From assembly GCF_001194135.2 (NCBI RefSeq), contig NC_068982.1:29873632-29910253 (forward strand): a DNA stretch of 36,622 bases, written 5' to 3'. Below, piece by piece: positions 33,208-36,622 of this stretch (position 1 is its first letter; the number at the start of each line of letters is the position of its first letter). Source of the stretch: Octopus bimaculoides (lineage: Eukaryota). A model generated the notes under the pieces. The model worked only from the letters and a program-made list of their open reading frames with translations. It was not told the DNA's origin and ran no database searches. Made by a program: the position numbers and the translations under genes.

Positions 33208-33562
33208 AGCGGCTGGCAGAATCATTAGCATGGAGGGCAAAATACTTTGTGGTATTTTGTCCATTTGCAATTTCTGAGTTCAAATTCTGCTAAGGTTGAC
33301 TTTGCCTTTTATCCTTTTGGGGTCGATAAAATAAGTACCAGTTGAGTACTGAGATCGATGTAATCAACATTTGCATGCTGGACAAAATGCTTAGCAGCGT
33401 TTCTTTCAGCTTTACATTATGAGTTCAAATTCTGCCGAGGTTTGACTTTGCCTTTCATCATTTTAGAGTTGATAAAGTAAAGTACCAATTGAACACTGGG
33501 ATTGATGTAATTAATCATCTCCTTCCCACAAAACTTCATCCCTTATGCCTAAAGAAGAAAGA
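32833..33562 (+). mobile_element. Three head-to-tail family D SINE-like copies (32833-33032, 33209-33365, 33369-33562) with (ATT)n(GTT)n(ATT)n at 33045-33205
   Basis: Repeated gctggcagaatcattagc...gttcaaattctgc...tttgc.tttcatcc..ggggtcga.aaa..aagtacca. Contains a B-box-like GAGTTCAAATTC. Confidence 0.85.
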
Positions 33563-34257
33563 ACTGTTACAGTTAACTTGTGGGGTTAATTTACTGGTTC
33601 ACAAAAAAAAAAAAAAAAATCTTTGATTTAGACAAGTGCAGGAAAGGAACACAGACTGAAGTAATAATTTTTGAAAACAAAGAACCCTGCGACTGTGATA
33701 AACAATGAAATAGAAAAATAATTTAAAATTTATTCTCTGTGTGTGGCCCATTATTGGTTTATGGCCCAGTTTTTGGGGACCCCTGAATTAAATTATTGAT
33801 ATTACTATGGTCAATAGTGATTAGTCATCTATCTAAATTAGGTTCTCTTTAGCCATGGTATCTAAATATGATTATGATACAATAAATGTTTATTTTTCTT
33901 GACATATTTCTATAGCACAGCCTGTGTGTTATTGATAACACTTCATAAAAACTGCATTCATATATAAATGACTTTTGGTAGAACAGAGACAGAGTAAATA
34001 TCTGTCTATTTGTGTGACAGAAAATGAGGGAGTGTGTAAATGAATAAAAATCAATTATTCATTGTGACAGGAAAAAGAAGAAAAAAAACCTTGCTTACTG
34101 ACTTGTTTTTATTTCAGCTAATCATTTAACACACATACACAAATTTCAATATTTATATGTGTGGACACATATAAACTGTCATGTATTATATTTATATATA
34201 CACACATACAAGCATACATACATACACACACACACATACATACATACATAACATACA

Positions 34258-34290
<33 letters not shown>

Positions 34291-34767
34291 CTATAATGGA
34301 ATAATTACTATGAAGCATTGTGTAGAATATATTGTATAAAGGATCATGGGTGAGGCCAAATCAATGTGAAGTAAATGCAAAGTAAGTCACAAGAAAACAA
34401 ATATGTAGGTAAGTTTACATTAATTCACATATTTGTTTTCTTGTGATTTACCTTGCATTTACTTCACATTGTTTTGGTCTTACCTACGGTCCTTTACACA
34501 ATATATATATATATATACATATATACATACATACTTATATATATATATATACCTAATTCTGCTCATACTTACACACTACTTAGCTCTGACACTTTATTAT
34601 TTACCTTCGTCAGGTGATTTACTAGCACAAATCAGTCAACGAATTGACTGAATTATATATAAAGCTACCACTTTATAAGTTCATTCAGAGCTGCCTATTT
34701 TAGCTACATCTCATTGATGAAAGCCAAGTAGATTGAAACATAGATGTCATATATACATTCACACACA

Positions 34768-35031
34768 CCTGCTGAGGACATACGTAAGCTCGCAAGGAAT
34801 GAAGCCAGTATGCTCCGTTGGATGTGTAATGTCAATGTGAATACCCGTCAGAGTGTAAGTATCTTGAGAGAAAAGCTGAACATTAGAAGCATCAGTTGTG
34901 GTGTGCAAGAGAGACGATTGCGCTGGTATGGACATGTGGTGAGAATGGATGAGGATAGCTGCGTGAAAAAGTGCCACACCCTAACAGTTGAGGGAACCCG
35001 TGGAAGAGGTAGGCCCAGGAAGACCTGGGCT
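34768..35031 (+). mobile_element. RTE (BovB-like) LINE ORF C-terminal fragment, open frame, running into a gap
   Basis: AEDIRKLARNEASMLRWMCNV...LREKLNIRSISCGVQERRLRWYGHVVRMDEDSCVKKC...EGTRGRGRPRKTW, the RRLRWYGHV / GRGRPRKTW signature of RTE. Confidence 0.92.
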
Positions 35032-35640
35032 NNNNNNNNNNNNNNNNNNNNNNNNNNNNNNNNNNNNNNNNNNNNNNNNNNNNNNNNNNNNNNNNNNNNN
35101 NNNNNNNNNNNNNNNNNNNNNNNNNNNNNNNNNNNNNNNNNNNNNNNNNNNNNNNNNNNNNNNNNNNNNNNNNNNNNNNNNNNNNNNNNNNNNNNNNNNN
35201 NNNNNNNNNNNNNNNNNNNNNNNNNNNNNNNNNNNNNNNNNNNNNNNNNNNNNNNNNNNNNNNNNNNNNNNNNNNNNNNNNNNNNNNNNNNNNNNNNNNN
35301 NNNNNNNNNNNNNNNNNNNNNNNNNNNNNNNNNNNNNNNNNNNNNNNNNNNNNNNNNNNNNNNNNNNNNNNNNNNNNNNNNNNNNNNNNNNNNNNNNNNN
35401 NNNNNNNNNNNNNNNNNNNNNNNNNNNNNNNNNNNNNNNNNNNNNNNNNNNNNNNNNNNNNNNNNNNNNNNNNNNNNNNNNNNNNNNNNNNNNNNNNNNN
35501 NNNNNNNNNNNNNNNNNNNNNNNNNNNNNNNNNNNNNNNNNNNNNNNNNNNNNNNNNNNNNNNNNNNNNNNNNNNNNNNNNNNNNNNNNNNNNNNNNNNN
35601 NNNNNNNNNNNNNNNNNNNNNNNNNNNNNNNNNNNNNNNN

Positions 35641-35679
<39 letters not shown>

Positions 35680-35761
35680 AGTGCATGTATCTGTTTTTAT
35701 TTTCTAATATATTGACAAGTTTGCAAAAGAAAAGAAATCAGTTGAAGAAAAAGAAAGAAAA

Positions 35762-35974
35762 TAATCCTTCCTATTATAGACACAAGTCCTGAAATCTTGT
35801 GGGAAGGGGTTAGCTGATTACATCAACCTCAGTATTTGACTGGTACTTATTTTATTGACCCCTGTAGGATGAAAGGCAAAGCTGACTTTGGTAGAATTTG
35901 AACTTAGAATGTTAAGACAGACAAAATGTTGCAAAGCATGTTTCTCAGGCATGCTAATGATTCTGCCAGACCAC
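35762..35974 (-). mobile_element. Family D SINE-like repeat
   Basis: Homologous to 12298-12517. Confidence 0.85.
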
Positions 35975-36056
35975 TATAATAATAATAATAATAAGCTAAT
36001 ATTGCAGTCCCAAAAATAGGACGAATGCTGCTGTTGATTAGTTTCAAGAGGCTTAG

Positions 36057-36470
36057 TACCACAGATTTGCTTGTCAGTTATTTAACCAGTTGAGCATGTC
36101 TCTTGGTGGCTGATGATATGTGCACCTCTGATCTCAAGCAGGAGTAGTGGGGAAGCATGATAGCCACGTGTCGAGAGGAATTCTGTGGGGTTTGAATAAT
36201 TCTCCTCTTGAAACGTGGGTGTTTCGTACAACATCCTTAAACAACCCTTATTCAGGAACCTTTTGAGCAGGATAGTTTACTTGTCCTGAAGAAAATTCTA
36301 ACTGGACCCCACCTGCAAAATCATGTGCTGTCTATCTTGAAATGAGATAACTATGTCATGCACATATGGTCGTGAAGCATGTGCCTGGTGTAATGTAATC
36401 AGACAGGTACACTGGGCTTCGTATATTTTACCCTAGTGTCACTTTGATGGCATGCACTGCTCTCTCACTC
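36057..36470 (+). mobile_element. Family F repeat, 5'-truncated
   Basis: Colinear with 13615-14032 and ends ctctctcactc + (AAT/GAT)n. Confidence 0.9.

Positions 36471-36622
<152 letters not shown>

Noticed and set aside
34614-34651. Possible terminal exon (xDLLAQISQRID*) and an 8-bp hairpin TCAGTCAA-cgaa-TTGACTGA
   Set aside because: Too short to distinguish from chance, and the acceptor overlaps the putative hammerhead relic.

Overview
AT-rich animal genomic DNA from a draft assembly, with 11 N-gaps totalling about 4.4 kb. It is dominated by microsatellites, SINE-like repeats and decayed non-LTR retrotransposon fragments. The repeat families and microsatellite load look like those of an octopus or related cephalopod; this is an inference from recalled repeat types, not a database result. 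No intact, nameable host gene is present, and almost all ORFs in the supplied track are N-run or microsatellite artefacts. Best-supported content: (i) R4/Dong-type (restriction-like endonuclease) LINE fragments clustered among (AAT)n tracts at 13.0-15.8 kb, one of which fuses the ORF N-terminus directly to its C-terminus; (ii) several RTE-type LINE fragments, plus a (GAT)n-tailed repeat family that the window itself shows to be the RTE 3' end; (iii) three tRNA-headed SINE-like families and one family found in microsatellites; (iv) a 154-bp TG...CA solo-LTR-like insert with a 5-bp target-site duplication (TSD) inside a SINE; (v) a 14-unit minisatellite with an 86-bp higher-order repeat. The most interesting signal is two Penelope-type minimal hammerhead ribozyme motifs on opposite strands (9961-10052 minus, 11124-11171 plus). 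They share the palindromic stem III ACAGCTGT, and the first lies in the loop of a ~123-bp-arm fold-back element. A few short candidate exons are reported at low confidence only.
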